DNA of 24,000 bases from Colwellia sp. 1_MG-2023 (GCF_030546755.1 NZ_JAUOPE010000005.1:8411-32410); one strand, 5' to 3'. Counted from the stretch's first letter, positions 10,904-20,026 are shown. The notes: a model not told the origin generated them from the sequence alone. Numbers and translations: made by a program.

Positions 10904-11268
10904 ATTTAGTTTAACTGTTTTGTTATTACTCAGCCTAATAATTTATTAAAAGGGCTGATAAATGAGTTAGTGGTGTATTAATAACGTATTTACTCAGTTT
11001 TTGTCAATAATAAATTAGTTATAACTTAGTTAGTTTTTACCTGTTACTTTAAAATAAATTTGTAGAACTGATTAAATTAGATTTGATGATAATACTATAC
11101 GACGAAAAGTTTACTAGATATGTTTTTGTATTTACTATATGGTCTACCAGTCGAATATATTTCGATAAATTAATGGACATGGATGACCATTATATTTAAG
11201 TAATTTACTTTTAATGTATTTGTGAACCGTGTTTTTTATTCTAATTAAATGGAATTTTATAAATTAAT

Positions 11269-11817
11269 TTGAAGAAACAAATTTTACTTATATCTTTAAT
11301 ACTTTCACCTTTAACTGTTTATGCGGCAGGACCTACTAATTTAACACCAGTAGATGGGACATACATTTCAATGTCTCGGACTAAGTTTAACTCTGAAAAT
11401 TGGCACACTTCAGCAATACATGCAGGTGCTGAAAATAACTAAGCTGTTTATTTATGCGCAGGAAATGGATCAGCTGAAACTCCGGGGAAATTAATTAACG
11501 GTAATTGTTATTATGCAAATAATGGCGATGAGCATAAAAACACCACCTATTATATGTTAGTTGATGAAAAAGCTCAGTTTCAAAGTATCTATAAATGGAA
11601 AAAAGCTAGCACACTGACTTCAGGGGCAGAAGCTGTAACTTCTAGAGATTGGGATGCAGGGGATTACATTTATCATTGTGTAGCCTCTCCTTATAATTCA
11701 CCTAATCAATATGCAGGAAAGTACTTGCCGGGGACTGGTAAATGTTATTGGTCTTATTATGGAGATGAAAAGTCTACTTCTGATGCTAATACGTTTAGTA
11801 TTTTAGTACCTCGTTAA
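11269..11817 (+). pseudogene. Secreted protein with two DM9-like (DUF3421-like) repeats, interrupted by an in-frame TAA at 11440-11442
   Basis: A TTG start at 11269 gives the signal peptide MKKQILLISLILSPLTVYA/AGP. The frame continues through the TAA into the 87-aa track ORF (11554-11817). The two repeats are NW..AGAENN*AVYLCAGNGSAETPGKLINGNCYYANNGDEHKNTTYYMLV and KW..SGAEAV..YIYHCVASPYNSPNQYAGKYLPGTGKCYWSYYGDEKSTSDANTFSILV. The stop falls inside repeat 1. Confidence 0.55.
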
Positions 11818-11836
11818 TGCTCTAATGTGAAAATAT

Positions 11837-11864
11837 AAGGGTTATATGGTATAACCCTTTTTAT
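11837..11864 (+). terminator. Intrinsic terminator downstream of the DM9-like gene
   Basis: AAGGGTTATA-tgg-TATAACCCTT is followed by TTTAT. It is a perfect 10-bp stem with a short loop and a T-tract, about 20 nt after the stop. Confidence 0.6.
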
Positions 11865-11886
11865 GACCTTGTATTAACAGTAAATT

Positions 11887-12933
11887 ATGTCTTCTAAGCA
11901 TTACCTTTTTTATATATCTCAAAACTATAGCTTTGCAATACTTCGACCTCTTCAACAGATCATCCTAGATAGAGATGACAAAGTGGCTTGGTTTTTAGAA
12001 GGTAAACAAGTAGATGAAGAATACCTTACAGAAAAAGAAATTCAGCTTCATTCGATAGAAGCAATACAACAATTTAATCCGCATGCTGTATTTATACCGG
12101 GCAACGTAATACCAAATTTCATACCGGGAATTAAAGTAGGTGTTTTTCATGGTTTTAATTCAGGTAAAGTAAATCGCCGAGGATTTGAAGATCATTTTAA
12201 TATTAGAGGTTGTTTTGATTTATATTGCACACAAGGGCCAAACACAACGAAAAAATTTAATTTATTAGCAGCTAAACATCAGCATTTTTCAGTAAGAGAA
12301 ACAGGGTGGCCAGCCATTGACCCTTTGTACGAACCCAAAAATAAAGCAAAAGGAACTACGCCAACGGTATTGATGTGTTCGACATTTTCTAAAGATTTAA
12401 CATGCGCACCACATTTATTTGAAACTGTGAAAAAATTGGCGACTTCTGGAAAGTGGAATTGGTTAATTCAATTTCATCCCAAGATGAATAAGGATATTGT
12501 TGAACAATATAAAACACTAGAAAGTGAACATTTATCCTTTATTGAAACCGATAATATTATTCCATTATTACAAAAGTCAGATGTAATGGTATGTGATACG
12601 TCTTCAGTACTGATAATGTTTCTATTATTAAATAAGCCAGTCGTTACATTTAAAAATATATCTCCTAAACCTTATTTAATAGATATAAACGATCCAAATA
12701 GGCTTGAAGAAAGTATTGAGTTTGCTTTATCAAAGCCAATTGATTTAATGAGTAAAATAGGGGCATTTATTAAAGATACACATCCATATCAAGATGGTAA
12801 GTCTTCGCAGCGAGTCTTAGATGCAGTAGATGAGATGTTGGCAGGAAATAATGTACCAGCTAAAAGAAAACCGTTAAATTTCTTGAGAAAATTTAAAATG
12901 AGAAAGCAATTGAATTACTGGAAGTTTTGGTAA
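11887..12933 (+). CDS. CDP-glycerol glycerophosphotransferase-like (TagB/TagF family) surface-polysaccharide enzyme
   Basis: 348-aa ORF. From memory, the pattern TVLMCSTFSKD ... WLIQFHPKM ... IIPLLQKSDVMVCDTSSVLIMFLLLNKPVV resembles the Glyphos_transf family (YAPT.R ... HP ... sDvlITDYSS...f..l.kPii). This assignment has not been verified. Confidence 0.55.
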   Translation: MSSKHYLFYISQNYSFAILRPLQQIILDRDDKVAWFLEGKQVDEEYLTEKEIQLHSIEAIQQFNPHAVFIPGNVIPNFIPGIKVGVFHGFNSGKVNRRGFEDHFNIRGCFDLYCTQGPNTTKKFNLLAAKHQHFSVRETGWPAIDPLYEPKNKAKGTTPTVLMCSTFSKDLTCAPHLFETVKKLATSGKWNWLIQFHPKMNKDIVEQYKTLESEHLSFIETDNIIPLLQKSDVMVCDTSSVLIMFLLLNKPVVTFKNISPKPYLIDINDPNRLEESIEFALSKPIDLMSKIGAFIKDTHPYQDGKSSQRVLDAVDEMLAGNNVPAKRKPLNFLRKFKMRKQLNYWKFW

Positions 12934-12946
12934 TTTAACTTGTGAC

Positions 12947-13690
12947 TTAAAGTTCACCAGAAATATAATTTTTTCTATGCCACCATAAATGAATACGGTA
13001 TTTAATATTTCTAATAAAACTGGTACTTTTTTTACCATGAAAGCCACCATTTAAGGTAACTATATTACTGATCATATTTTTATTTTCAGTGATAGGATAC
13101 GGACGCAAACCGAACACTGACAAATTAAGCTCACGACAAAATTGCATATCAATATCAACAGGTCGATAAAACTTTTCTCTCGATAATAGCTTTTTTGCGC
13201 CTGCAAGGCTTAAGGTATAACCCGTTGCACAATTAGGGATTTTGGTGAAATTAATTAATTCAAATTTATCGTTGAGCTGTTTTTTATACCTTGGCTGATG
13301 ATCTCTGTTGTCTGCAAGTTTGATCAAATCATATTGCTTAAAGGTGTTGCTATGCTTAAAAATATCGGTGAACGTGGGATTTAATAGCATATCGTCTTCT
13401 AGTATTACCGCATACGCTATGTTCTCGGCAACCATTTTTCGCCAAACATTTTTGTGGCTCATGTAACAACCAATTTCGCCCAAACTTAAACCGGCTCTAA
13501 AATAGTGCTTATTAAGGGCGGAAGAATAAACTTGGCTGATCTCAGCCTCAGATAAATCTATTCCTTTAACTGCGGAAATACGGGTGTAATCAATATTCAA
13601 ATTCATTAATTGTTCATGCATATTCGCCATTCTATCTTGAGCGCAATCTAGATTGATTATATAGACAGGACAAGAGGTATTTATATGCAT
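12947..13690 (-). CDS. Glycosyltransferase family 25 (LPS/LOS biosynthesis, Lic2B/LgtB-like)
   Basis: The N-terminal VYIINLDCAQDRMANMHEQL pattern and the VILEDDMLL acidic motif are typical of GT25. Confidence 0.75.
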   Translation of the reverse strand: MHINTSCPVYIINLDCAQDRMANMHEQLMNLNIDYTRISAVKGIDLSEAEISQVYSSALNKHYFRAGLSLGEIGCYMSHKNVWRKMVAENIAYAVILEDDMLLNPTFTDIFKHSNTFKQYDLIKLADNRDHQPRYKKQLNDKFELINFTKIPNCATGYTLSLAGAKKLLSREKFYRPVDIDMQFCRELNLSVFGLRPYPITENKNMISNIVTLNGGFHGKKSTSFIRNIKYRIHLWWHRKNYISGEL

Positions 13691-13797
13691 AGTAGGGGCT
13701 TATTAATTATCAAAATGAACGTATATATTAAAATAAGGTATCACAGTATTAATGAATAGTGGATCATCAATAACAAATATCTTGGATGAAAAACTCA

Positions 13798-15321
13798 TTA
13801 AAGATTGTATTCTACAGATAAAAATAAGCTCGCTTTCTTTTTATCAGCAATATCGTTTTTAAACGTTGATTGACTGACATCTACACCAACGGTGTACCGC
13901 CAGTTTCGATAACTATGTTGAATTTTTGTGGAAAGCATACTGGTATTTTCAGCAAACTTTGTTAATGGGTTGCCGATAATAAGGCTATCAATATTTTTGT
14001 CGCTATTGTCTTTATTTAATTTCAACATACGCAGTTTTAATGTCATACGGGTATTGGTGCTAATGTTCGATATCAGACCAAAGACTAAACTGCTTGCGTC
14101 ATTATCATAAAGATTTCCTAGTGTACGCTGTTTATAACGCATACCTGTTTGATAAATATGATGTTCATAAAAACAATTGCCGACTTCAATGGTATCTTCA
14201 TCAACACAGTCTGTGTAGGTATCAGCATATTCTACAAAGAAAGTAGAGCTAGTATCTAACATATTGATACGCACATCCATGCCAACTTGCGACTGTACTT
14301 CAGTTAAGAAGCTGAATGAGCTATTGTCATTGCCATCCTCTGCTATGGATTGTCCGTATATACCAAAAGAAGTATCGAATAAATTGAATGAATACCTAAA
14401 GTCATAGCCTGCTTGTTGGTTGCCTGGTTCTTGAGAACCGTCGGCCAAACATTCAAGTCCACCAGCACCACAATTATCTTTACCAGTAAATACATTCCAA
14501 AAAGTGGAAGAATCTTTTGGCCGGCCTTTACCACCCCATTGGGCTAATCTTGTTATCCCTATTTCTAAGTTTGGTATCGGTATGAAATTGAGTCTAAATC
14601 CCCATAATAAAGTGTCTTTAATGACTCGATTATCGTCCATCACTCCCATGAAAGACGTTACTGTCCATGGTATTGAAATATCAGTAAAAGGTATTGACAT
14701 TGGGGTCGCTGATTTTCTTGAAATCGCGAGTGCAGGAATTGGTTTAGCATTGTTAGTTAAACCTAAATTACTATCCCAACCGGGTCCCCACCACCTGTCT
14801 TGCTTGCCAACAGAAACAACCCAGTTTCCCCAAAAACCAGCGAGATAACTGCCATCAAAATGTTTATCATCGTCTATCGTGGGCGATACATTATAGCTAG
14901 GAGACAGATTCAAAGCGAATGAGTCACTCATAAAACTATTCTGAATCGTAACACTATTTTTAGCTCTATAGGTGTCGCCAAAACTTGTAAAACGATTATC
15001 ATCTGTGGCAAAAGTCGCTTTAATCTGTGTTTGACTTCTTTTGGCTAACTTTAATTGGTGTTGGATATAATTAAATGCATCTATTTCAGATTCACTTAAT
15101 TTGAAGTAAGGGATTTTTTTTAAATCTTGAGCAATATCAAACCACATTAAAGGAAAAGTTGTGACTGGTGTTGTTATATAGCCAGCATCTACTAAATGTT
15201 GAATATTCTCCCTTAAATATAAATTTGAGCTATCAATCCAAGGTTCGGCATTTGTAGAAAGACATAAAAAAAGTAATACATATTGGAGTTTAAGGTGTTT
15301 CAAAAATTTATAATGTTTCAA
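13798..15321 (-). CDS. wzi: Wzi-like outer-membrane capsule-assembly protein (beta-barrel)
   Basis: Signal peptide, then EPWIDSSNLYLRENIQHLVDAGYITTPVTTFPLMW, which resembles the conserved Wzi N-terminal helical segment. The remainder is aromatic/Gly-rich and beta-barrel-like, and the roughly 500-aa length is appropriate. Confidence 0.55.
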   Translation of the reverse strand: MKHYKFLKHLKLQYVLLFLCLSTNAEPWIDSSNLYLRENIQHLVDAGYITTPVTTFPLMWFDIAQDLKKIPYFKLSESEIDAFNYIQHQLKLAKRSQTQIKATFATDDNRFTSFGDTYRAKNSVTIQNSFMSDSFALNLSPSYNVSPTIDDDKHFDGSYLAGFWGNWVVSVGKQDRWWGPGWDSNLGLTNNAKPIPALAISRKSATPMSIPFTDISIPWTVTSFMGVMDDNRVIKDTLLWGFRLNFIPIPNLEIGITRLAQWGGKGRPKDSSTFWNVFTGKDNCGAGGLECLADGSQEPGNQQAGYDFRYSFNLFDTSFGIYGQSIAEDGNDNSSFSFLTEVQSQVGMDVRINMLDTSSTFFVEYADTYTDCVDEDTIEVGNCFYEHHIYQTGMRYKQRTLGNLYDNDASSLVFGLISNISTNTRMTLKLRMLKLNKDNSDKNIDSLIIGNPLTKFAENTSMLSTKIQHSYRNWRYTVGVDVSQSTFKNDIADKKKASLFLSVEYNL

Positions 15322-15390
15322 AATATAGTATTCAATTGTTTGAGCTGTAGTGAAAAAGTTAAAATGTTTTATAACAAATGGTTAGATTCT

Positions 15391-16005
15391 TTATTTCCAG
15401 CTTTCCATTGAACCTTTTTTACGCGCTGATAATCTAGGTAACACTAATCCTAAAATCAATCCAATGCCTAAAACGATTGCGCCATTAAAAAAGTATTCTT
15501 TCTTTAAGTCTAAATCTTGATTAGATAGTTGTGACTCGGTTTGTGCTAGTTGGGTTTTCAATGAGGCGATTTCGCTCGTCAACTGGCCATTTTGGTCTGT
15601 TAGTTGAACAATGTTATTATTGGCTTTTGTTAAATCTGAAGTTATTTGTAAGCTACTCTCTTCATTACTGGCAAGCTTACTGTTAAGTTCTGCAATAATT
15701 GCTCTAAGTCCTGGTGTGGTGCTAACGTATTTAGATTCAACCCAAGTCTCTCTATTTTTGTTATCAATAATCTTGGTATAGCCATTAGCGCTTTCATTTG
15801 CCAGAGATACTTCATCACCCGCATTTATACTGCCCAAAATACGATAATTATTGCCAGGACCTGCGTGCATATATATAAACAAATCATCAGAAATATAGGC
15901 GGGAATACGATTTTCTTCTGTTGTTTGTGTAGTTTCTTCTTCTGCATAAGAGATAAAGCTTGAGATAAAAAGCAAACTAGCGAGCAAACATTTTATTAAT
16001 TTCAT
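15391..16005 (-). CDS. ygiM: SH3b domain protein with coiled coil and C-terminal TM anchor (YgiM / TIGR04211-like)
   Basis: Signal peptide, SH3b-like segment (YISDDLFIYMHAGPGNNYRILGSINAGDEVSL), a Q/L-rich coiled coil and a C-terminal TM (AIVLGIGLILGLVLP). It is divergent from a ygiF homologue, as in E. coli. Confidence 0.75.
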   Translation of the reverse strand: MKLIKCLLASLLFISSFISYAEEETTQTTEENRIPAYISDDLFIYMHAGPGNNYRILGSINAGDEVSLANESANGYTKIIDNKNRETWVESKYVSTTPGLRAIIAELNSKLASNEESSLQITSDLTKANNNIVQLTDQNGQLTSEIASLKTQLAQTESQLSNQDLDLKKEYFFNGAIVLGIGLILGLVLPRLSARKKGSMESWK

Positions 16006-16154
16006 TTAGTTACCAAAAATATCTATATTCTAGTTGAAAATATTATGGGTTTGTCGCGACGATAGCAAGCGAAAAATATTGCTTCATTGAAACAGCTTTT
16101 GTAAGGTTAAACTTTTATAATAGGTTTATATCGTAAAACACGATAAAGGTAAGT

Positions 16155-17669
16155 ATGGCTACAGAAGTCGAGCTTAAATATTTAACAATAAGTGATGATG
16201 TTTCAGAAAAAGTTTTTAGTTTATTAAAAGAGCACGAATTATCGTTTAAACACAGTGTAAAACAATTATCCAATTGTTATTTTGATACACCTGATCTTGA
16301 CTTACGCCAACTAGATATGGGGCTTAGGATAAGAAGTTGTGGTAGTTATATTGAACAAACGATCAAAACAGCGGGGATTGTCGTTGGTGGCTTACATCAA
16401 CGCCCAGAATATAACGTTGAATTAACGGCTTCATTTCCTGAACTTGTTTTATTTCCAAAAGAAATTTGGCCCAACACTGATGATGCAAATAAATTACAAG
16501 AAAAATTAATCCCTTTATTTAATACCGATTTTACCCGAGAAATCTGGCTAGTCACCCTCGAAAATAGTGTCATTGAATTAGCGTTTGACCGAGGTGACAT
16601 ATCGTCGCAAGGTCGTTCTGTTGAAATATGTGAAATAGAATTAGAGTTAGTTTCTGGCGATAAAGCAGACTTGTTTACGCTGGCTAGGTATTTATTCAGT
16701 GTTTTATCGCTAAGACCAGGGACACAAAGTAAAGCCGCCAGAGGCTATCGTTTATTCTTTAACAAACAAAATATTGAAGAATTAGCGCTCGAGTTAGATT
16801 TACACAGTTATGCTGAAGATATTGAATCATGTTTTATTGACGGGGTTAGTCATTGCTTACATCAAATGCAAGTGACAGTTGAGCAATATTTAAATGATAA
16901 ACGCTTGATAAAGCTCGCAGATTTAGTGGAAGTACTCGCTTTGTTAAGACAAGGTTTTTGGTTATTCGATGAAAAGCTAACAGAACAAACTTTATCGATC
17001 AGGAACGAATTAAGTTATTTTATTCAATTGTTTGCGTGGGTCGATAGTGCAATATACTTTCGCGAGTTAATGACTAAAACCGGTAATTATCGCAAAAAGT
17101 TAGATTATAGTGAAAAGCTGATTGAACAATTAAAGCTAGAGAAACGACGTTTTCCTGATAAAGCGATGATCACTGAATTACTTCACAGCGAGCGATTCAA
17201 TCTATTACTGTTAGCGCTATTACGTTTTGTTACTAGCAATAGTCCCCAGCAATATTTTGTCAATACCACACAAGAACCTTTAATGCCATTTGCCAAACAA
17301 AAGCTATCTGAAAGTTTAGCGTTATTGTCTGATGCTATGTCGACATTAACCTCAATGGACGCCGAAGAATATTTAAATCAACGTAAATTATTACACCGTA
17401 GCTTGCTTACAGGTAACTGGTTTGGCTGTTTTTTTGATAAAAAACAACGAAGTGAATATCGTATGCCATTACAAGATATTCAACTTGGCTTGCGTGAACT
17501 ACAAAGCCTTTGGATTATTAAGCAACAGCTTGAAAAAATCGATTTAATCAATGAACCCAGCAATAAGAAAATTTTAGCTTGGCAAGCAAGCAAAGTTGAA
17601 AATTTATTGATAGCTTTAACGCATAGCAAGAACTTAGCATTATCGTTGCCAGCCTACTGGTTAGCCTAA
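16155..17669 (+). CDS. ygiF: CYTH + CHAD domain protein (inorganic triphosphatase YgiF-like)
   Basis: The N-terminal EVELKYL matches the CYTH ExExK signature, and EICEIELEL is a second CYTH motif. A long helical C-terminal half is consistent with CHAD. It is divergent from ygiM. Confidence 0.8.
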   Translation: MATEVELKYLTISDDVSEKVFSLLKEHELSFKHSVKQLSNCYFDTPDLDLRQLDMGLRIRSCGSYIEQTIKTAGIVVGGLHQRPEYNVELTASFPELVLFPKEIWPNTDDANKLQEKLIPLFNTDFTREIWLVTLENSVIELAFDRGDISSQGRSVEICEIELELVSGDKADLFTLARYLFSVLSLRPGTQSKAARGYRLFFNKQNIEELALELDLHSYAEDIESCFIDGVSHCLHQMQVTVEQYLNDKRLIKLADLVEVLALLRQGFWLFDEKLTEQTLSIRNELSYFIQLFAWVDSAIYFRELMTKTGNYRKKLDYSEKLIEQLKLEKRRFPDKAMITELLHSERFNLLLLALLRFVTSNSPQQYFVNTTQEPLMPFAKQKLSESLALLSDAMSTLTSMDAEEYLNQRKLLHRSLLTGNWFGCFFDKKQRSEYRMPLQDIQLGLRELQSLWIIKQQLEKIDLINEPSNKKILAWQASKVENLLIALTHSKNLALSLPAYWLA

Positions 17670-17670
17670 T

Positions 17671-18588
17671 ATGTTTTCGTTGTTTAAAATGAAAGTTTGT
17701 TTGACGCTTTTATACGTGGGAACACTTTCAGTGAGTGTCGCGAGTGTTTATCAATTACCGAATGAAAATTCACGTTTAATTGGTGAGCAACTCACATATC
17801 AAGTGGAGCAGGGTGACTATTTTCAAGCGCTAAGCGAATATCATAATGTGGGCTTTTTAGCGTTAATTGCAGCTAACCCTGAGGTAGATCCTTTTCTTCC
17901 TGAAAAAGGTACTTTATTGGAAATACCGAAACAAATGCTGTTACCTTATGCAGAGCGTAAAGGTATTGTAATTAATTTAGCTGAGTTGCGATTATATTAT
18001 TTTCCGCCTAATGAATCTCTGGTTTATGTTTTTCCTGTAGGTATTGGTCGACAAGGTTTATCAACGCCTAGAGTGATCAGTTATATCGGTGATAAACGTA
18101 AAGATCCCACTTGGACACCGCCACAAGAAATGCGAGAGCGATATAAAAAAGAGCATGGCAAAGAAATGGCGAAAGTTATTCCGGCAGGCCCAGATAACCC
18201 TTTTGGTAAATATGCACTCAGACTAGCCAGTAGTGAGTACCTTATTCATGGCACCAATAAACGTATGGGAATAGGACTTCGTGCAAGCTCTGGTTGTATT
18301 AGAATGTATGCTGAAGACATTGAATGGCTGTATCACAATGTTAACCTTGGTACGCAAGTTCGTATCGTTGAACAACCGATAAAAATGTCTTATGAACCTG
18401 ATGGTAAAAAGTTGATTGAAGTACACAAACCACTCACTGAAGATGAAAATAAAGAGAAGAATTTTATTACTCCCGCCGTTACTCAATTTCTTAATAATGA
18501 TGAAAAATTAATTAAGTTAATTAGCCAACAATTACAACACCCTAATGGCTTAGTGTCCGTTTTACCTCGTACTGAGTCACTGCGTTAA
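17671..18588 (+). CDS. L,D-transpeptidase (YkuD/ErfK family) with LysM-like N-terminal segment
   Basis: Catalytic motif LIHGTNKRMGIGLRASSGCIRM (HGT...S.GC.R), a signal peptide, and a LysM-like segment YQVEQGDYFQALSEYHNVGFLALIAANP. Its ATG lies 1 nt after the ygiF stop. Confidence 0.85.
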   Translation: MFSLFKMKVCLTLLYVGTLSVSVASVYQLPNENSRLIGEQLTYQVEQGDYFQALSEYHNVGFLALIAANPEVDPFLPEKGTLLEIPKQMLLPYAERKGIVINLAELRLYYFPPNESLVYVFPVGIGRQGLSTPRVISYIGDKRKDPTWTPPQEMRERYKKEHGKEMAKVIPAGPDNPFGKYALRLASSEYLIHGTNKRMGIGLRASSGCIRMYAEDIEWLYHNVNLGTQVRIVEQPIKMSYEPDGKKLIEVHKPLTEDENKEKNFITPAVTQFLNNDEKLIKLISQQLQHPNGLVSVLPRTESLR

Positions 18589-19611
18589 TATTTGCGCTAA
18601 CAAGGTTTTAGATTCAGACGAATAAAGTATGGTTTGTGAAATTTCTTTTAATTCATCTTCGGTAATTTTATTTTCTTGAAATAATACATGAAGTTGACTG
18701 ATGGCATTTGCTTCGAAAGTATACCCTGCTAATGGGAATTTTTTCGTGATGTTAGCAAGTGTTACTTCATCTTTAATAATAAGTTGTAATTTTAACGTAT
18801 GAGTCACTTTTTCAGGTAATTGCCAAAACTTTGCTATTTGATAGGTGATCCTAGGAGCGTATTTTTTTAATAATGCTTTAAATGCGGCAGAGTCAGGGGT
18901 GCAATTAGGGTTTACAAAACTAAAAGCTTGAATTAATAGTTGAAATACAACCATGGCACCTAAATTTAAGATTAAGCCAATTAAATATGCCGTTGCCTTA
19001 TCTGTTGGTGAATGGCTAATTGAAAGTAAGCTTTGACAATTATTGCCTGTTGATAAGCTATGCAGCCAGATTTTTTCACCGTAATGTTTAAAGTAAACAT
19101 TGGCGGTAGGTTTCATGCGTTTTAAATAATGAACAATTATCCCTTCACTTAATCCGTTTGCGCCAATTGTCATAAAGGCCGATTTAAGATCAGTGATCTC
19201 TCTATTGTGGTGATTGTATTTAGCTGAGTTTGCGAGCTCTATGACTTTAGCCGCCACCATAGGTTCTTTGTTGATGATACTGATGAGTAGCTCAGTATTA
19301 AAGTCATCATTTTTTAACTCATCAATCAGAGTTGTTAAAGAAAGGGGCAACACAGGTAAAGACTTCACTAATGCTTTTGGGTGATCAAGCAGTTTTACTA
19401 TTTCAGATTCTACAAATTGACTTAATTCGTCGTGACTGATGTTATTAATTGTTTGCCCAAATAAGTAGTGAGAAAATTTATCTGATAATTGGTCAAACTG
19501 ATTGGTTATTTTTATTTCATTGTTTGAAGGGCTAGCGCTAGAGAGGTTTGATACTGTATTAACAACTTCGTCATCATGTTCATTGAGTTGTTTAGAGTCT
19601 TCAAAATACAA
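18577..19611 (-). CDS. HDOD domain protein (putative signalling protein); start codon uncertain
   Basis: HDOD-like core: LPVLPLSLTTLIDELKNDDFNTELLISIINKEPMVAAKVIELANSAKY ... LKSAFMTIGANGL. The track start at 19611 is TTG with no obvious Shine-Dalgarno (SD). No in-frame ATG exists upstream as far as the stop at 19723-19725. Confidence 0.65.
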   Translation of the reverse strand: MYFEDSKQLNEHDDEVVNTVSNLSSASPSNNEIKITNQFDQLSDKFSHYLFGQTINNISHDELSQFVESEIVKLLDHPKALVKSLPVLPLSLTTLIDELKNDDFNTELLISIINKEPMVAAKVIELANSAKYNHHNREITDLKSAFMTIGANGLSEGIIVHYLKRMKPTANVYFKHYGEKIWLHSLSTGNNCQSLLSISHSPTDKATAYLIGLILNLGAMVVFQLLIQAFSFVNPNCTPDSAAFKALLKKYAPRITYQIAKFWQLPEKVTHTLKLQLIIKDEVTLANITKKFPLAGYTFEANAISQLHVLFQENKITEDELKEISQTILYSSESKTLLAQILTQ

Positions 19612-19723
19612 ATAATTGACTGGTTCAGTGCTTTTTTGTTTTGATGAAAATATTAATTTTACTAACCGAAGAAAAATGGCCGTTTCCTCTGCAAAATGCT
19701 GAAAATTATTCTGTCTTATCGTT

Positions 19724-19767
19724 CAATAAACTGAGCTCAAGCTTTGTTATTTTAGCTCAGTTTATTG
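19724..19767 (-). terminator. Long hairpin downstream of lpp (14-bp stem CAATAAACTGAGCT / AGCTCAGTTTATTG, 16-nt loop)
   Basis: Perfect 14-bp inverted repeat starting about 20 nt after the lpp stop. The clean T-run (TTTTT) lies on the plus-strand side, so it may act bidirectionally or mainly as an RNA stabiliser. Confidence 0.45.
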
Positions 19768-19786
19768 TTTTTGCTTATTCGTTACA

Positions 19787-20026
19787 TTACTTTTTATAGC
19801 TTTTAGCAATATTATCCATACGCTGGCTGTTTTTTTCATTAGCGTCTTTTAGGGTTTTAATTGTCGCTGTATTTTTTGCTTGTTGGGCATTTAACTTAGA
19901 AATTTCCATGGTGAGTTTATCAACTTTATTAGAAAGCGTGCTCAGCTGTTGATCCATAGTGTCTGAACTTGCACAACCTGTAACTAATGCAACGAACGAT
20001 AATGAGAGTAGTGTTTTAGTTAACAT
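19787..20026 (-). CDS. lpp: Braun-type major outer-membrane (murein) lipoprotein
   Basis: Lipobox LVTGC, a coiled-coil heptad body, and a C-terminus SQRMDNIAKSYKK that parallels E. coli Lpp NQRLDNMATKYRK with a terminal Lys. A good SD (AAGGAAA) lies 7 nt upstream of the ATG. Confidence 0.8.
   Translation of the reverse strand: MLTKTLLSLSFVALVTGCASSDTMDQQLSTLSNKVDKLTMEISKLNAQQAKNTATIKTLKDANEKNSQRMDNIAKSYKK

Noticed and set aside
10985-11215. Four copies of (T/A)ATTTACT within about 230 bp of the AT-rich leuA-upstream spacer, plus the near-repeat TTTACTAGATATG / TTTACTATATGG
   Set aside because: Short AT-only words recur by chance in DNA this AT-rich. They show no consistent spacing or inverted symmetry, so this is not enough to call a binding-site array.
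11554-11817. The 87-aa track ORF treated as a stand-alone gene
   Set aside because: Its ATG falls at the end of the first DM9-like repeat, and it lacks a signal peptide and SD. The same frame is open upstream to a signal-peptide-encoding start, broken only by one TAA, so I report it as part of a disrupted gene.
13928-14848. Track ORFs 13928-14110 (+), 14343-14534 (-) and 14504-14848 (+), within the Wzi-like gene
   Set aside because: All are nested in or antisense to the 507-aa ORF, which has a signal peptide and coherent beta-barrel-like composition. None has independent support.
15642-16600. Track ORFs 15642-15824 (-) and 16397-16600 (-), nested in ygiM and antisense to ygiF
   Set aside because: They are alternative-frame or antisense shadows of confident CDSs.
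18223-18486. Track ORF 18223-18486 (-), antisense to the L,D-transpeptidase gene
   Set aside because: It is a shadow ORF covering the catalytic-motif region of a confident CDS.
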